From assembly GCA_943348815.1 (NCBI GenBank), contig CALQYT010000006.1:2501-66500 (forward strand): a stretch of 64,000 nt of DNA, read 5' to 3'. The notes beneath the pieces are model-generated. The model saw nothing but the letters and a program-made list of their open reading frames with translations. It had not been told where the DNA came from and did not search any database. The stretch comes from Candidatus Nomurabacteria bacterium (GTDB taxonomy: Bacteria; Patescibacteriota; Minisyncoccia; Phycocordibacterales; SBAW01). The position numbers and the translations under genes were made by a program. Positions 50,579 to 60,581 of this stretch are shown here, piece by piece; position 1 is the first letter of the stretch, and each line of letters begins with the position of its first letter.

Positions 50579-51358
50579 CTATGCGGCAGTGTCGCCCTCG
50601 GACTTCACTTGGGTTGAGTTGGCGGTTACTGCACCGGCTCCAGCTGGCCACGTGATGCGATACCAGAGACCGAAATTTCCGGCTGGCGCAACGTCACCGT
50701 TTTTCATACCGGCCGCCTTGCTTGCCATGTCGCCACCCTCGGCATTGACCGATGATCCGCCAGAGTATTTCTTGCCGTACCAGATAAAGCTGATCTTTTT
50801 GTTTACGCCGATGGTGCCTCGGGTCGTGCCTCCTGATCCTTGTCGAATGGTTACGATTCTTGATCCAGAGAGTGAGGCCGCATACGCACCGTAGAGTTTT
50901 GAGAACGTCAAAGCCCCCACAACTTCAGTGGTGCCATTGAGGGTTAAGTTCTCGGACTGTCTGTTTCCGGATGCATCCTCGCCGACAACAGTGATCTGTC
51001 TGGTATCAGCACCATCGGAAACAACTGCAACAACGGCGTTTGCACCAAACGCTGACATGTTGCCTTGTGCTCCGTCAGCATCGTCAACATGGTTGATTCC
51101 GAAGCCGAATGACAGAGCGGCATTGGTCGGCTGGCTCAAAAGCCACGACACGACGTTTTGCCACGTGAGTGTGGCATGGGTATTTTTGCGGAATATCTTT
51201 CGGTATTCCGTACCTCCGGCCGCCGCCTCATCGCCGGTTATGTCGGTGAAGAGGTTATTGTCGACGTTATCCACGACTTCCGTTGCAGAGATGTCTTGTC
51301 CGTCCGAGAGCGTGGCGTTCGACTTATATTCTTTTAGGTCTGCAGATACTATTGCCAT
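50579..51358 (-). CDS. Hypothetical phage structural protein (Gly/Ala/Ser-rich)
   Basis: 259-aa ORF. Confidence 0.45.
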   Translation of the reverse strand: MAIVSADLKEYKSNATLSDGQDISATEVVDNVDNNLFTDITGDEAAAGGTEYRKIFRKNTHATLTWQNVVSWLLSQPTNAALSFGFGINHVDDADGAQGNMSAFGANAVVAVVSDGADTRQITVVGEDASGNRQSENLTLNGTTEVVGALTFSKLYGAYAASLSGSRIVTIRQGSGGTTRGTIGVNKKISFIWYGKKYSGGSSVNAEGGDMASKAAGMKNGDVAPAGNFGLWYRITWPAGAGAVTANSTQVKSEGDTAA

Positions 51359-51370
51359 AAGCGTTGGTGT

Positions 51371-51745
51371 TTAGTTTTCTTGCTTTTCTTGCAGGAGTTC
51401 GATCAGACGATCTTTGGTCTCTGATCCATCAAGCTCAATGCCTTTTTCTTCGGCCAGAGCTTGAAGCTCTTTCTTGGTGTGCTTCTGCAAGTCGCCGTCG
51501 ACCTCCGGCTCTTTGTCTTTGGTGTTTTGTTCAGACTCCTCGGATACTTTCCAGAAGTCCACGTTGAACGTTGGCAAAGATTCCAACTTTTCGATGACTT
51601 CCTCGTCTTGCGTTTCAAACTGACCGTCGACGAACTGGGCGTATTTGCCGGGGACGTCGCCGACCTTAGTCCCGCCCTCGTATGTCGGCATTGCCGGTTT
51701 AAGAACGATCTTTAAGGATTTGATGTGTGAATTAAATTTGGCCAT
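51371..51745 (-). CDS. Small acidic phage protein with C-terminal HeH/SAP-like motif
   Basis: KKELQALAEEKGIELDGSETKDRLIELL. Confidence 0.4.
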   Translation of the reverse strand: MAKFNSHIKSLKIVLKPAMPTYEGGTKVGDVPGKYAQFVDGQFETQDEEVIEKLESLPTFNVDFWKVSEESEQNTKDKEPEVDGDLQKHTKKELQALAEEKGIELDGSETKDRLIELLQEKQEN

Positions 51746-51843
51746 AGGTTTGTAGTGATTAATTTTTTAATTTATGGCATCCGCTCTTACTCCTGGCCTC
51801 CACATGAGTGAAAGCCAGCGAGTCAGAGCAGAGCCGTTGACGT

Positions 51844-53067
51844 TTAGACAACGCCCTTGAGCAATGCGTTCTTTTCGAAGTTGACTCTCTGCAAGCCAGT
51901 TTCGGTTTTGTACTGATCGACTTCCTCGTCAGCATCATTGTCTTGGATGTTGGTTTCGAGCATGGTGTCTCGGCCATTCAACGGACAATGCTTGAGCGTG
52001 GAGAGATCGACCACTACACCGATACCGGCATACTGGTTGTCGAACATCGGATGACGAACAATGTTCAGCGTTCCGAATGACGACTGGAACTTACGGATTT
52101 CTACGCCGTAGGTCTTATCGCTCGGTACGATGTACATCTTGGAAGTTGCAAAGCTTTCCAAGTAGCCCAGCACGGCATTACCGCAGAAGAAATACTTCTC
52201 GGATGATCCGTACTTGAAGGCATAGTTCTGCAAGAACGAGCGGAACTCCGGCTCGGTGAGGGATGAAGCGGCTTCGTCTTGCACGTTGCCAGCGGCAACG
52301 ATTGCTTCAAGAATGCCTCCGGTGAGACGCAGTGGCTTGCCATCGGGACCGGTGACTTCTTTCTTTTCTCCAAACCAGTATCCGCGTTCGATTTTCTTTG
52401 CTTGTTCGATACCGTGCTTTGCACGCAGGTATTTCAAGTCCGCACCGGGGTTTCCGGCTGGGTAGAGCTTCGAAGCGTTTTCGGTTTGGGTGACGCCGAA
52501 CTTCGTTTTGAAGATTTGGGTAAAGTTGGTGACCTTTACGAGCTTGGTCGTATTGGAATCACCGGACTTTGATCCTTCTTCAAACGCCGGGCCGATGACC
52601 AACAGCCAGTCGTTATCGTTGATAGCGGCGGCCGCAGTTGCACCGGCTCCACGGGTAACGGTTAAAATGTTGCCCGAGTAGTCGACCGAGGTGACGCGCA
52701 TGATTTCACCAGTTCGAGTGTTTTTAATCAGGTCGAACTTGGAGAAGATCGCCGCGCTTGGGTTGTCCACGGCGAGAGCAGTGGCACTGGATGAATATCC
52801 AGCACCATTGTTGATCTGCGCCCAGACACCGGAGTACTGATCCTCGTATTCGGTAAACTCCGGGTTGTACACGACTCTTTTTTGTAGAGCCATGCCCTCG
52901 AACTTGCCTCCACCGTCGCCGATCTTTCCGATTTGGGTCAAAAAGGCGGTGAGCGGTGATTCTCCCGGTTCGAGCAGGAAAATTTTGTCATCGACATCAG
53001 GAATACGCTGGGATTGTTCAATCGTCAGCGTGTTCCTTGATCCGATGATGTGGGTTGGTTCTGCCAT
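51844..53067 (-). CDS. Putative major capsid protein
   Basis: 407 aa, immediately downstream of the scaffold gene in portal-scaffold-capsid order. Confidence 0.55.
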   Translation of the reverse strand: MAEPTHIIGSRNTLTIEQSQRIPDVDDKIFLLEPGESPLTAFLTQIGKIGDGGGKFEGMALQKRVVYNPEFTEYEDQYSGVWAQINNGAGYSSSATALAVDNPSAAIFSKFDLIKNTRTGEIMRVTSVDYSGNILTVTRGAGATAAAAINDNDWLLVIGPAFEEGSKSGDSNTTKLVKVTNFTQIFKTKFGVTQTENASKLYPAGNPGADLKYLRAKHGIEQAKKIERGYWFGEKKEVTGPDGKPLRLTGGILEAIVAAGNVQDEAASSLTEPEFRSFLQNYAFKYGSSEKYFFCGNAVLGYLESFATSKMYIVPSDKTYGVEIRKFQSSFGTLNIVRHPMFDNQYAGIGVVVDLSTLKHCPLNGRDTMLETNIQDNDADEEVDQYKTETGLQRVNFEKNALLKGVV

Positions 53068-53124
53068 AGGTTGTGGTTGTTACAGACCGGCAACCGCTCA
53101 CGAAGACCTCAAATCTTATAAGGG

Positions 53125-53979
53125 TTACCGGACTTTATTTGGGTTGATACTTGATCCCACAAGGTCATCAAAGGGACTGCCTTGTGGTGTGTTGCCTTTG
53201 GTAGCTGGTGAGCCACCTCCGACACCGGATGCGTTTTCTCGCTCGAGATTCTTAACCTCCTCTTTCTTGAGAGCTTCATCGGCCGCTTTCTTTGCTTGCG
53301 AATCCTTTGTGACGGAGTCGTAAGCCAGTTGAAGTGTCCGGGCATTGAACGGAAGCTTTTCTTTTTCGATGATGTCGAGCACTTGGTGACCCAGCTCGGG
53401 TTCTTTGAAGTCCTCGTGTTCACCGATCCATTTGTCGATCTCGGCTTTCGTCTTTGCTTTGGTTTCTCGCTCCTCAAGTTTTTTGTCGAGGATGGCTTCG
53501 ATATCGGGCTCGTCCTTTGCTGGCTCTGCATCGCTGGCTTTCATAGCTTCGGCGAGTGCCGCTTTCAGCTGTTCGGCCAGTTGCGGTTGCTTGACCAATG
53601 CCTTGTCGAGTATTGAGAGAAACTGGTCGTTTTTCTCGCTTGTGGCTTTGAGCTCATTAAGTTCTTTGCCTTGCTCGATGATCTTGGTCTGGGCTTCGTC
53701 ATAAGAGCGCTTGGCATCCTCTTCGCTCTTGAACTTGCCCCAGAAGGACTTATCGCCTTCGGGTTGTTTACCCTCGGGACTTTGGCTCTTATCGTTTGGC
53801 TTTACGCCAGATTGATCCTCGGGTTTAGCCGGGGCGTCTGGTTTCTTGTCAGGTTGGTCTCCGCTCGGAGTGCCCGACGGAACGGAATTGACCGGTTGTT
53901 CCTTACCGACCGCATCGTCAAAAGACGGAGTCTCTGGCTTTGCGTTCGGATCGGCGCCGGAATTGTTTTTGTTGTCCAT
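53125..53979 (-). CDS. Putative scaffolding protein
   Basis: Acidic, Lys/Glu-rich coiled-coil. Positioned between portal and capsid. Confidence 0.55.
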   Translation of the reverse strand: MDNKNNSGADPNAKPETPSFDDAVGKEQPVNSVPSGTPSGDQPDKKPDAPAKPEDQSGVKPNDKSQSPEGKQPEGDKSFWGKFKSEEDAKRSYDEAQTKIIEQGKELNELKATSEKNDQFLSILDKALVKQPQLAEQLKAALAEAMKASDAEPAKDEPDIEAILDKKLEERETKAKTKAEIDKWIGEHEDFKEPELGHQVLDIIEKEKLPFNARTLQLAYDSVTKDSQAKKAADEALKKEEVKNLERENASGVGGGSPATKGNTPQGSPFDDLVGSSINPNKVR

Positions 53980-54179
53980 AGGCTTTTATTGCAACGGATT
54001 GCTCCTTTTTTCGGTCTGACCTCACTCAGACTTACTTTGGTGTCCGTTGATTTAATAAACCGAGCCCCTTTGCGGAGGCTCGGTTGGCTTCTCAAGATGT
54101 GGAAATCGCCAGAAATCCCATCTTAAGAGGCCAGCTGAACCCCTCAAAATTTTGGCGATTTCCTTTGGGTTAAGAAGTT

Positions 54180-54419
54180 TTATGTTGGTGCTTTCATATG
54201 TTCATCGTGAATGGTTTTAATCCGAAGCAGGATTACTCCCAAGCCCTCGGCTCGACCTTGATAAAATCGCATCTCATCTGCAGTGAGTCCTTTATTGAGT
54301 ATCCATGTCTTGGTGACTTCAAGTTCATTGGCAATAAGTTCGGAGAGTGCATTAAAATACTTGGTCTCATAGAGATTGCTTATTGTTTCCTCGATATCTT
54401 TGTGTAGTGTGTCGTTCAT
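54180..54419 (-). CDS. Hypothetical small phage protein
   Basis: 79-aa ORF between portal and scaffold. Confidence 0.35.
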   Translation of the reverse strand: MNDTLHKDIEETISNLYETKYFNALSELIANELEVTKTWILNKGLTADEMRFYQGRAEGLGVILLRIKTIHDEHMKAPT

Positions 54420-54423
54420 AGGT

Positions 54424-56331
54424 TTATTGCTTCATGGCATTGCCAAACATCGCACCCATTTCGTTACCCGGCAGTGGTTCTTTGGCTGGCATTGCTCCGG
54501 CCATTGGGTCTATGGCAGGTGCATCACCGGGTGCTACGTCGGTCATACCGGGGCCCGGTGGTGTTACGTCGGCAGGATTCGGTACTACCGGTGCAGGTTT
54601 GTTTTCGGCAATGTAGTTGGTCGGCTCCCAGCCATAGTCCTCAAAGAGCTTCATCAAAATTTTGAATTTCTTTATTGAGTACACCGTTCCTGTTTCCGGA
54701 TCAGTTAATTCGTTCACGTCTTTGATCAGTCCCCAGAGTTCCAAGTCCTTTGATTTGCGAAGTTCAGTGGAAGTGGCAAGGCTTGCTGTGGATTCAAGGG
54801 ACATCTCGTAGTCATAGTCAAAGAGTCCTTCGATGTTCTCGGTAGCATCGTTTATAAGTCCGTGACGCATCAGAATTGCGACGGCCTTGTCTGGCATCAC
54901 ACCTTTGGTCGTCCAAAATTGCTTCATCATACAAATCCAGTGTTCAAAGTGCATCACGTAGGAGTTACGAAGCATGATTAGGAACAGCTTCACTCCCTCG
55001 AGCGTTGCTTCTCGCATGAATGAGGCAACAGTCGCTGTTTGTTTCTGGTCTACACCGGCAGTGGTGGTGTATTCGTCTATACCGACTGCGATTCTCATGG
55101 CTTCCTTGATGTGATCGGGTTCTACGAACGCCGAGGAGTTCACGTCTCCAAATTTCAACTCACGCACGGAGTTCGGATCATTCGTCCATAGGATTCCCAG
55201 TGGTCTTACGGTAATGGTTGACTGCTTATATCCGGGGAGAGCCACTGGTGCCGCGGCGATCATGCTGTGTATTTTCATGGTCACGGCATCTACTCGCTGG
55301 TTGGTTACCGAGTTCAGAAGTTCTTGCAGATGGTCTACAAGTTTCGGTATGCCGAGCCAGTAGAACGAGAATGGTCGGGGGAAGAAGCCTGTTCGGGAGA
55401 AGGGTTTTGTTTGGTGATCGTAGGGATTGTCGTTGTCTTTGATCTCGATTGGCGTTCCTTCCATCGGCAGGAACACGCAGAAGTGGTCATCAGTCCATCG
55501 CTCTACGACCTCAAAGAGTTTATCGCTTGAGACTGGCAATTGGACCGGGTTGTTTGGGTTGCCTTGGATTGGAGTTGACGCCTTGGTTGTCTCTCGGATG
55601 CTCTTACGCACTTGGATCAAGACTTCTTTTCGCACGTAGGCATAGTCGGTAATATCGCCACCGGATTTTATAACCTCGCCGTCTTTGTCCACAAACTGAT
55701 TCCATGTGTTGGTTGGTACGTCGGAGTATTGGGTTTTCATTTCATCCAACGTCAGTACGTATCGGTGAAATACCGGGAACGGATCGGCTATCTTTTTCAT
55801 CCTCGGGTGTGGGTAGAAGTTATAAATATCTACCGGATCAAAGTCTGGTCGGAAGGTTATTCTCTCGGTAGCCGTCTTGAAGATCAGTTTCTTTATCTTA
55901 TCGATCATGCCGATTTCTTTCTGTCTCTTTTTCTTGGTCTCTTTCTTGAGGAAGTCTTTGCCAATGGTCGTTCCGCAAATGAACACCTGCAGGAAGTAGT
56001 CGATCAGGTCATCGCTCATGCCAATCTCCCAGAGCCACAGGATCAGGTCTTTGACGGCTTCGCTGTTCTTACCCTCGAGCTTGAAGTCAGGTGTAATGCC
56101 GACGGTCTTTTGTAAAAAGGTTTTGATGTATGCGAAAACTTGGGGAATGAAAACATTGGATTGCCACACTTCGCCGTCAGTGGTCTGCTCCAGCTCTACG
56201 GCACGATCACCGTTCCAAGACGAGAACAGCTTATAGCCCCGATCAAATTCGGGTTTGTAGTAGTACATGAAGTTCTTTTTTGCTTCATCGTACTCGGTAT
56301 TATATTTTTGCAGTTCTTTGGTAGTGGCCAT
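54424..56331 (-). CDS. Portal (head-tail connector) protein
   Basis: 635 aa, immediately downstream of TerL. C-terminal Pro/Gly/Ala/Met-rich tail. Confidence 0.6.
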   Translation of the reverse strand: MATTKELQKYNTEYDEAKKNFMYYYKPEFDRGYKLFSSWNGDRAVELEQTTDGEVWQSNVFIPQVFAYIKTFLQKTVGITPDFKLEGKNSEAVKDLILWLWEIGMSDDLIDYFLQVFICGTTIGKDFLKKETKKKRQKEIGMIDKIKKLIFKTATERITFRPDFDPVDIYNFYPHPRMKKIADPFPVFHRYVLTLDEMKTQYSDVPTNTWNQFVDKDGEVIKSGGDITDYAYVRKEVLIQVRKSIRETTKASTPIQGNPNNPVQLPVSSDKLFEVVERWTDDHFCVFLPMEGTPIEIKDNDNPYDHQTKPFSRTGFFPRPFSFYWLGIPKLVDHLQELLNSVTNQRVDAVTMKIHSMIAAAPVALPGYKQSTITVRPLGILWTNDPNSVRELKFGDVNSSAFVEPDHIKEAMRIAVGIDEYTTTAGVDQKQTATVASFMREATLEGVKLFLIMLRNSYVMHFEHWICMMKQFWTTKGVMPDKAVAILMRHGLINDATENIEGLFDYDYEMSLESTASLATSTELRKSKDLELWGLIKDVNELTDPETGTVYSIKKFKILMKLFEDYGWEPTNYIAENKPAPVVPNPADVTPPGPGMTDVAPGDAPAIDPMAGAMPAKEPLPGNEMGAMFGNAMKQ

Positions 56332-56332
56332 A

Positions 56333-57982
56333 TTAGTAAAGTTTCATTGATCGACCTTTGGTCGCTTTCGGCATTGCGCTTGGCAGTTCCTTGAGTCCTT
56401 GCCATGCGAGCATTGCCGAAATAAGGCAGTCATCTTTTTGTCCTGTTTCCGCTCCCATTCCATGCCGGTTGCTTTCATTGGTGTGTACGAAGGTCATCAT
56501 CTGGCTTACGGTCGTTGGGCTTGATAATCCGATTTCCTCATCACGCAGTCCGGCAATAAAGTCGTCTACCATGAGGGGCTTGGTGGTCTGGGTGGTTTTC
56601 CATCCCAGTTCTTTTCTCTTGGTGTTGGTGACCTTGTCGAATATGGTTCTTTGATAGAGATTGCCGTACTCGGCTTTGAGAGCGTTTATTACCGCCAGTC
56701 CGTGATTGTTTATTTCGATGACAGCCAGTGCTTCGTTGAAGAGTTGGGCAGTCTGTTTGATTTTCTTGGCAAACAGGTCTGGTTGTATCTGTCCCACGTA
56801 ACTTCCGACTTCACGTCCGGTCATCTTGTCGATTACCGTGATCGCCGAGTCATCTTGTCCGATTCCTTCGCTTGGGTCTGCTCCCAAGCTGTAGAAGTGT
56901 CTCGGATTCGGTTCCTCGTAAATCATGATGTCATCCAGCTTTCGTATCGGGGCCCGGGTGAATTTGCTCTGGGCTTCCACATACTGTTTTGGAATGACTG
57001 CTTTACTTGATGCCACGAACGCTTCCTCGATGGTTGCCGGGTATTCTTGCTTGAACTTATCGACTTCGCCGCCACACTTGTTTTGAATTGCCCAGCGTCG
57101 CCAGTTCAGTTGTTCTAGGGTCAGCTTTGTTTTCGTCTTGAGACCCCTTTCGTATTCGTCCAGTGTTTCGGAAAACTTTATCTTTTCTTGGTCACTGGTG
57201 AATTCGAGACTGTATTCAGGCATCAGATGCCATGGCAGGAAGATGAGTTCAAACTCGCTCTTTCCGGCCAGTGCGTCTTGCACGGCTCGGTAGAAGTATT
57301 CACCATCACCTCCGAAGCCATTGGCGGTGGATTCCAGAAACACGGCAGTATTGGGCAGGTTCGGAATTGCTTGCAATGCCGATAGCATCAGGTCTTTAGC
57401 GTTTTTCCAGAACGCTACCTCGGAGCCGTGGAAGTTGTGGAGGGTTAAACCTCTACCCACTTTCACTTTGTCGGCAGTGGCAATGACCATTCGTGATCGG
57501 AGTCCCGGGTCTGCAGTCCTTGTCTTTTCCTCGGGATTCTCGAACACCATCTGCTTCTTGTTGTCGTACCGGCGCATTGGCTTCGCCCATGTGGGAAGCA
57601 TGTCGTAGAACAGCTTACTCATGGCAAAGATTGCGTCTGTTGATTCTGGTTCGTGGGCAACGATAAGCGAGTTGGTGTTCTCAAATCGTGCAGTCCTCTC
57701 GAAGATTAGGGCTTCGCACAGTGTTGAGACTCCTTCTTGTCTGGCCTTGAGGATAATCATTCGTATTGGCTTACCCAGTGCTCGTAGTTTCTTGATCCGG
57801 TTGTAGATCAGGGATTGAGCGGTATTCAGGTGTAAAAGAACGGTTTGCTGATTCTTGGTTTTTATTGATAAACACCTCTCGATGAATTCTTGCGGTTCAG
57901 CGTCGCAAATCCTCATCACCTCCACGAGGTCGTTAACCATCTGGAGGGGGTTTCTCTCTTGCTTTTCGGAGGATTTGTTCAT
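56333..57982 (-). CDS. Terminase large subunit
   Basis: ATPase Walker A-like (ILKARQEGVSTL), Walker B/coupling (MVIATADKV) and a C-terminal nuclease region. 549 aa. Confidence 0.85.
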   Translation of the reverse strand: MNKSSEKQERNPLQMVNDLVEVMRICDAEPQEFIERCLSIKTKNQQTVLLHLNTAQSLIYNRIKKLRALGKPIRMIILKARQEGVSTLCEALIFERTARFENTNSLIVAHEPESTDAIFAMSKLFYDMLPTWAKPMRRYDNKKQMVFENPEEKTRTADPGLRSRMVIATADKVKVGRGLTLHNFHGSEVAFWKNAKDLMLSALQAIPNLPNTAVFLESTANGFGGDGEYFYRAVQDALAGKSEFELIFLPWHLMPEYSLEFTSDQEKIKFSETLDEYERGLKTKTKLTLEQLNWRRWAIQNKCGGEVDKFKQEYPATIEEAFVASSKAVIPKQYVEAQSKFTRAPIRKLDDIMIYEEPNPRHFYSLGADPSEGIGQDDSAITVIDKMTGREVGSYVGQIQPDLFAKKIKQTAQLFNEALAVIEINNHGLAVINALKAEYGNLYQRTIFDKVTNTKRKELGWKTTQTTKPLMVDDFIAGLRDEEIGLSSPTTVSQMMTFVHTNESNRHGMGAETGQKDDCLISAMLAWQGLKELPSAMPKATKGRSMKLY

Positions 57983-58358
57983 AGCTTAGGTCTGTTCCAA
58001 ATAATCCCCGATGTTCGACCGTTTCTTTCGGGCTTCCGAGTTCTCGGTCGAGGACTTCTTTGGCGGCGCGAAATTTAACATTGTCATCGGAGCTACCCAT
58101 TAAGGCGATCATCATGCTCGCCGCAACGGCAAGGTTCTTTCGGAGTATCTCTTGGGCATCTGCTTTCTTAATCTCATTCTGTTCGTCACGGTATTTGTCG
58201 TATTCCTCTTTGAGCAGTCCACCGAACATGAACCACTTCCGCACGGTCGAGAGGGGTGTCTTGAGTTTTTTGGCAATGACGATATACGACTCACCGGCGT
58301 ATTTGAGGTGAACCGCTTCTTGGTACTTTTCGTTTTGTATGTCGACATTTTTGGCCAT
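57933..58358 (-). CDS. Putative terminase small subunit (HTH)
   Basis: 141 aa. N-terminal HTH-like (YIVIAKKLKTPLSTVRKW). Overlaps the TerL start. Confidence 0.45.
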   Translation of the reverse strand: MAKNVDIQNEKYQEAVHLKYAGESYIVIAKKLKTPLSTVRKWFMFGGLLKEEYDKYRDEQNEIKKADAQEILRKNLAVAASMMIALMGSSDDNVKFRAAKEVLDRELGSPKETVEHRGLFGTDLSYEQILRKAREKPPPDG

Positions 58359-58359
58359 T

Positions 58360-59220
58360 TTAGTTCTGTTTAGTTCCGTTTAATTCCGCAATGCGGTCTG
58401 AACAGATGATTTCCAGTGCCTTGCTCTCGCTCACACTCTGGGCTTTGGCGACCTCTGCCAATGCCTCATCGATGACGGTTTTCTGTGGATTGGTCACGTT
58501 GAAACTGATAAGGGCGATGGTCTCTCGGTGGGCATTGATGTCTTTGCTTATCTTGCCGACCTTTACGCCTTTGGTCTTTGCAAATGCGGTAACTGCTTTT
58601 ATAAATTCATCGGCGGCTTCTTTCGGGTCTTTGTCGACGATAAAATTCAAGGCGACAAAGTTCTCACGCTCGGCTTTCTTAAGCTCGATCATTTTCTTTT
58701 CTATTTCGTCCTTCACGAGGTCGAGTGCGTCTTTAACATTCACGTCCTCCTCGCCGAGGTTGCTTGCGATCTCTTTTATCGAGTATCCGTTTTGTGTCAG
58801 CTCGTAGGCGAGCTTGCCGAGTTTGAGTTGCTGGTTGGACCCGTGAATGTTGTCGGTTAATCCGTAGAGCTTGGCTTCGTCCTCGCTTTTGAATTCGTGG
58901 ACATTTGCTTCGATCTCGGCATTGCCGAGCTCCCCGAGCACTTTCCATGTGTGGTAACCACCAACGATCACATAGCCGTCTTTGACTTTCATGTTCGGCC
59001 AAACGCCGACTTGGATCGGTTTGGTCTGTCCGTATCGGGTCAGGGCTTTTTTGAGCGACGAAAATTGTCGGGCGTTCATCTCGTTGGGATTCCAAGAGTT
59101 CGGAACGCACTCTTTAATTTTCACCGTCTTGATTTGTGTTTTTGTTTTGGTCATACGGTTACGATCATGTACTCGATGTTGTTGCTCTGGTTGCGACCAC
59201 CCGCGTTTGATACCGACCAC
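58360..59220 (-). CDS. ParB-like nuclease domain protein
   Basis: ParB N-terminal domain pattern (IQVGVWPN...VIVGGYHTWKVLGELG). Confidence 0.65.
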   Translation of the reverse strand: MVGIKRGWSQPEQQHRVHDRNRMTKTKTQIKTVKIKECVPNSWNPNEMNARQFSSLKKALTRYGQTKPIQVGVWPNMKVKDGYVIVGGYHTWKVLGELGNAEIEANVHEFKSEDEAKLYGLTDNIHGSNQQLKLGKLAYELTQNGYSIKEIASNLGEEDVNVKDALDLVKDEIEKKMIELKKAERENFVALNFIVDKDPKEAADEFIKAVTAFAKTKGVKVGKISKDINAHRETIALISFNVTNPQKTVIDEALAEVAKAQSVSESKALEIICSDRIAELNGTKQN

Positions 59221-60170
59221 TTGTGATCAAGCATCTGCACTTCGGCTTTGCGATACTTTTGCACCATCGCCAATAACTTTTCTGGCTTCACGCCGACGTC
59301 CTCTTTATTTTGGCCAAGCGAGATGATCCATTGGGGAATATGCTTTGCGGCTTCAAACATTCTTTCCAGAAAATCGTCAGCGTCTTTGTTTGAAAATCCG
59401 CTCGGTTTGTTATCCAGCTTTTTACCCACGAGCAGGTTATCTAAAATCCCATACTCAACCTCGTAGGCAGAAGAGCCAGGATAAGGAGGATCAAAATAAA
59501 TAACATCACCCTGAACAGTCTTGAGGAAATCAAACACGTCTTTTTGGTGTATTTCATTGTCTTGGTGGTTGTCGAAAATTCCATGATTAACTTCGTCTTT
59601 TAATTTTTCCAAAGTGAGCATGGGATTCTGGATCATCCGTAGGTTTTTCGGGGCATGTGACTTGGATCGCAGTGGCCACTCCCATTTGCGAGCTTCCAAG
59701 TCCAGTGTGTCCCGGGTGTGCGTAAACTTTCCGAATTGTCGGCACGACAGTATGAATTTGATGATAAGGTGCATGAGCAAATATCGTTTGGTTTCGTTTT
59801 CCACCTGTCTGGCGGCCACCACAGCATTGTCTAAAAAGTCTGCTATCTTGCTGGTGAAAACTTTCGGGCAGTAATTCTTTTTTATAAATCCATCGTGTTT
59901 AGTTTCGACGAACAACCTTGCCAAGTCCTCGCTCTCTAACTTCACAGAATTGTTGGCGATAATTGCTTTGCCAATAATCAGGGACCGGAATGCGATGTCA
60001 TTTGAAATAACTTTGTATCCTTTTGCCTTGGCGTAGAGACTCACTGATCCGCCACCAAGAAAAGCATCGATAAAAACTCCTTCTGTTTTCTTGATCGGCT
60101 TAAAAATATATTTGACCAGCTTTCGCTTGCCGCCGAAATAACTTGGTAATGATTGGAATTTGGAAAACAT
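59151..60170 (-). CDS. DNA N6-adenine methyltransferase (Dam/D12 class)
   Basis: Motif I FGGKRKL..FLGGGSV and motif IV DPPY. Confidence 0.85.
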   Translation of the reverse strand: MFSKFQSLPSYFGGKRKLVKYIFKPIKKTEGVFIDAFLGGGSVSLYAKAKGYKVISNDIAFRSLIIGKAIIANNSVKLESEDLARLFVETKHDGFIKKNYCPKVFTSKIADFLDNAVVAARQVENETKRYLLMHLIIKFILSCRQFGKFTHTRDTLDLEARKWEWPLRSKSHAPKNLRMIQNPMLTLEKLKDEVNHGIFDNHQDNEIHQKDVFDFLKTVQGDVIYFDPPYPGSSAYEVEYGILDNLLVGKKLDNKPSGFSNKDADDFLERMFEAAKHIPQWIISLGQNKEDVGVKPEKLLAMVQKYRKAEVQMLDHKWSVSNAGGRNQSNNIEYMIVTV

Positions 60171-60581
60171 ATAAAGTTAATTCAAATCTCTGACACCCGC
60201 GCATCCCCCGTAGATTTTTTATGTACTCGAAGCCCGTGAGCTCCGAGCAGTGTGAGGTCGATTACGGGTAGCAGATGTCGACCATCGGGGTATCAGAGAG
60301 CTGACAACAACTGAAAACGAAAAGAGCTCGCGATCCGATACCACAAAATGTGATAATTGGATCGCGAGCTCTTAAACTCGGAATACCTTTCAGGATGCCC
60401 CTTGAGGCATAAGCTATTCAGTTGTTAATTGCATTATAGCACCGCTCAAAAAGTCTGCACAAGAGTACCCCCTGTGCATAAACTCTTACATCGGTTGCCC
60501 ACAGGGTGGTGATTTGCATTTGCCGCTATAATCGGTTACAATCCACTATATGCATTATAGCGGTTAATTTATAGCTCATTT
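60171..60581. promoter_or_regulatory. Divergent intergenic control region with a 14-bp perfect IR (agagctcgcgatcc-N24-ggatcgcgagctct, 60324-60375), three copies of the attatagcgg motif and a TATAAT box
   Basis: Repeats at about 60436, 60524 (inverted) and 60557. TATAAT at about 60529. An AT-rich stretch precedes the Fic start. Confidence 0.35.

Larger units (their letters stand above)
39293..60170 (-). mobile_element. Prophage late region (podovirus-like): MTase-ParB-TerS-TerL-portal-scaffold-MCP-tail/fibres-lysis
   Basis: Contiguous minus-strand module of recognisable phage genes. Lower GC than the flanking host genes. Confidence 0.7.

Noticed and set aside
39293-60170. Tailed myo/siphovirus or tailocin interpretation
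   Set aside because: No sheath, tube, tape-measure or baseplate genes are seen. The gene order and the tailspike fit a short-tailed phage better, although the homologies are remote and unverified.
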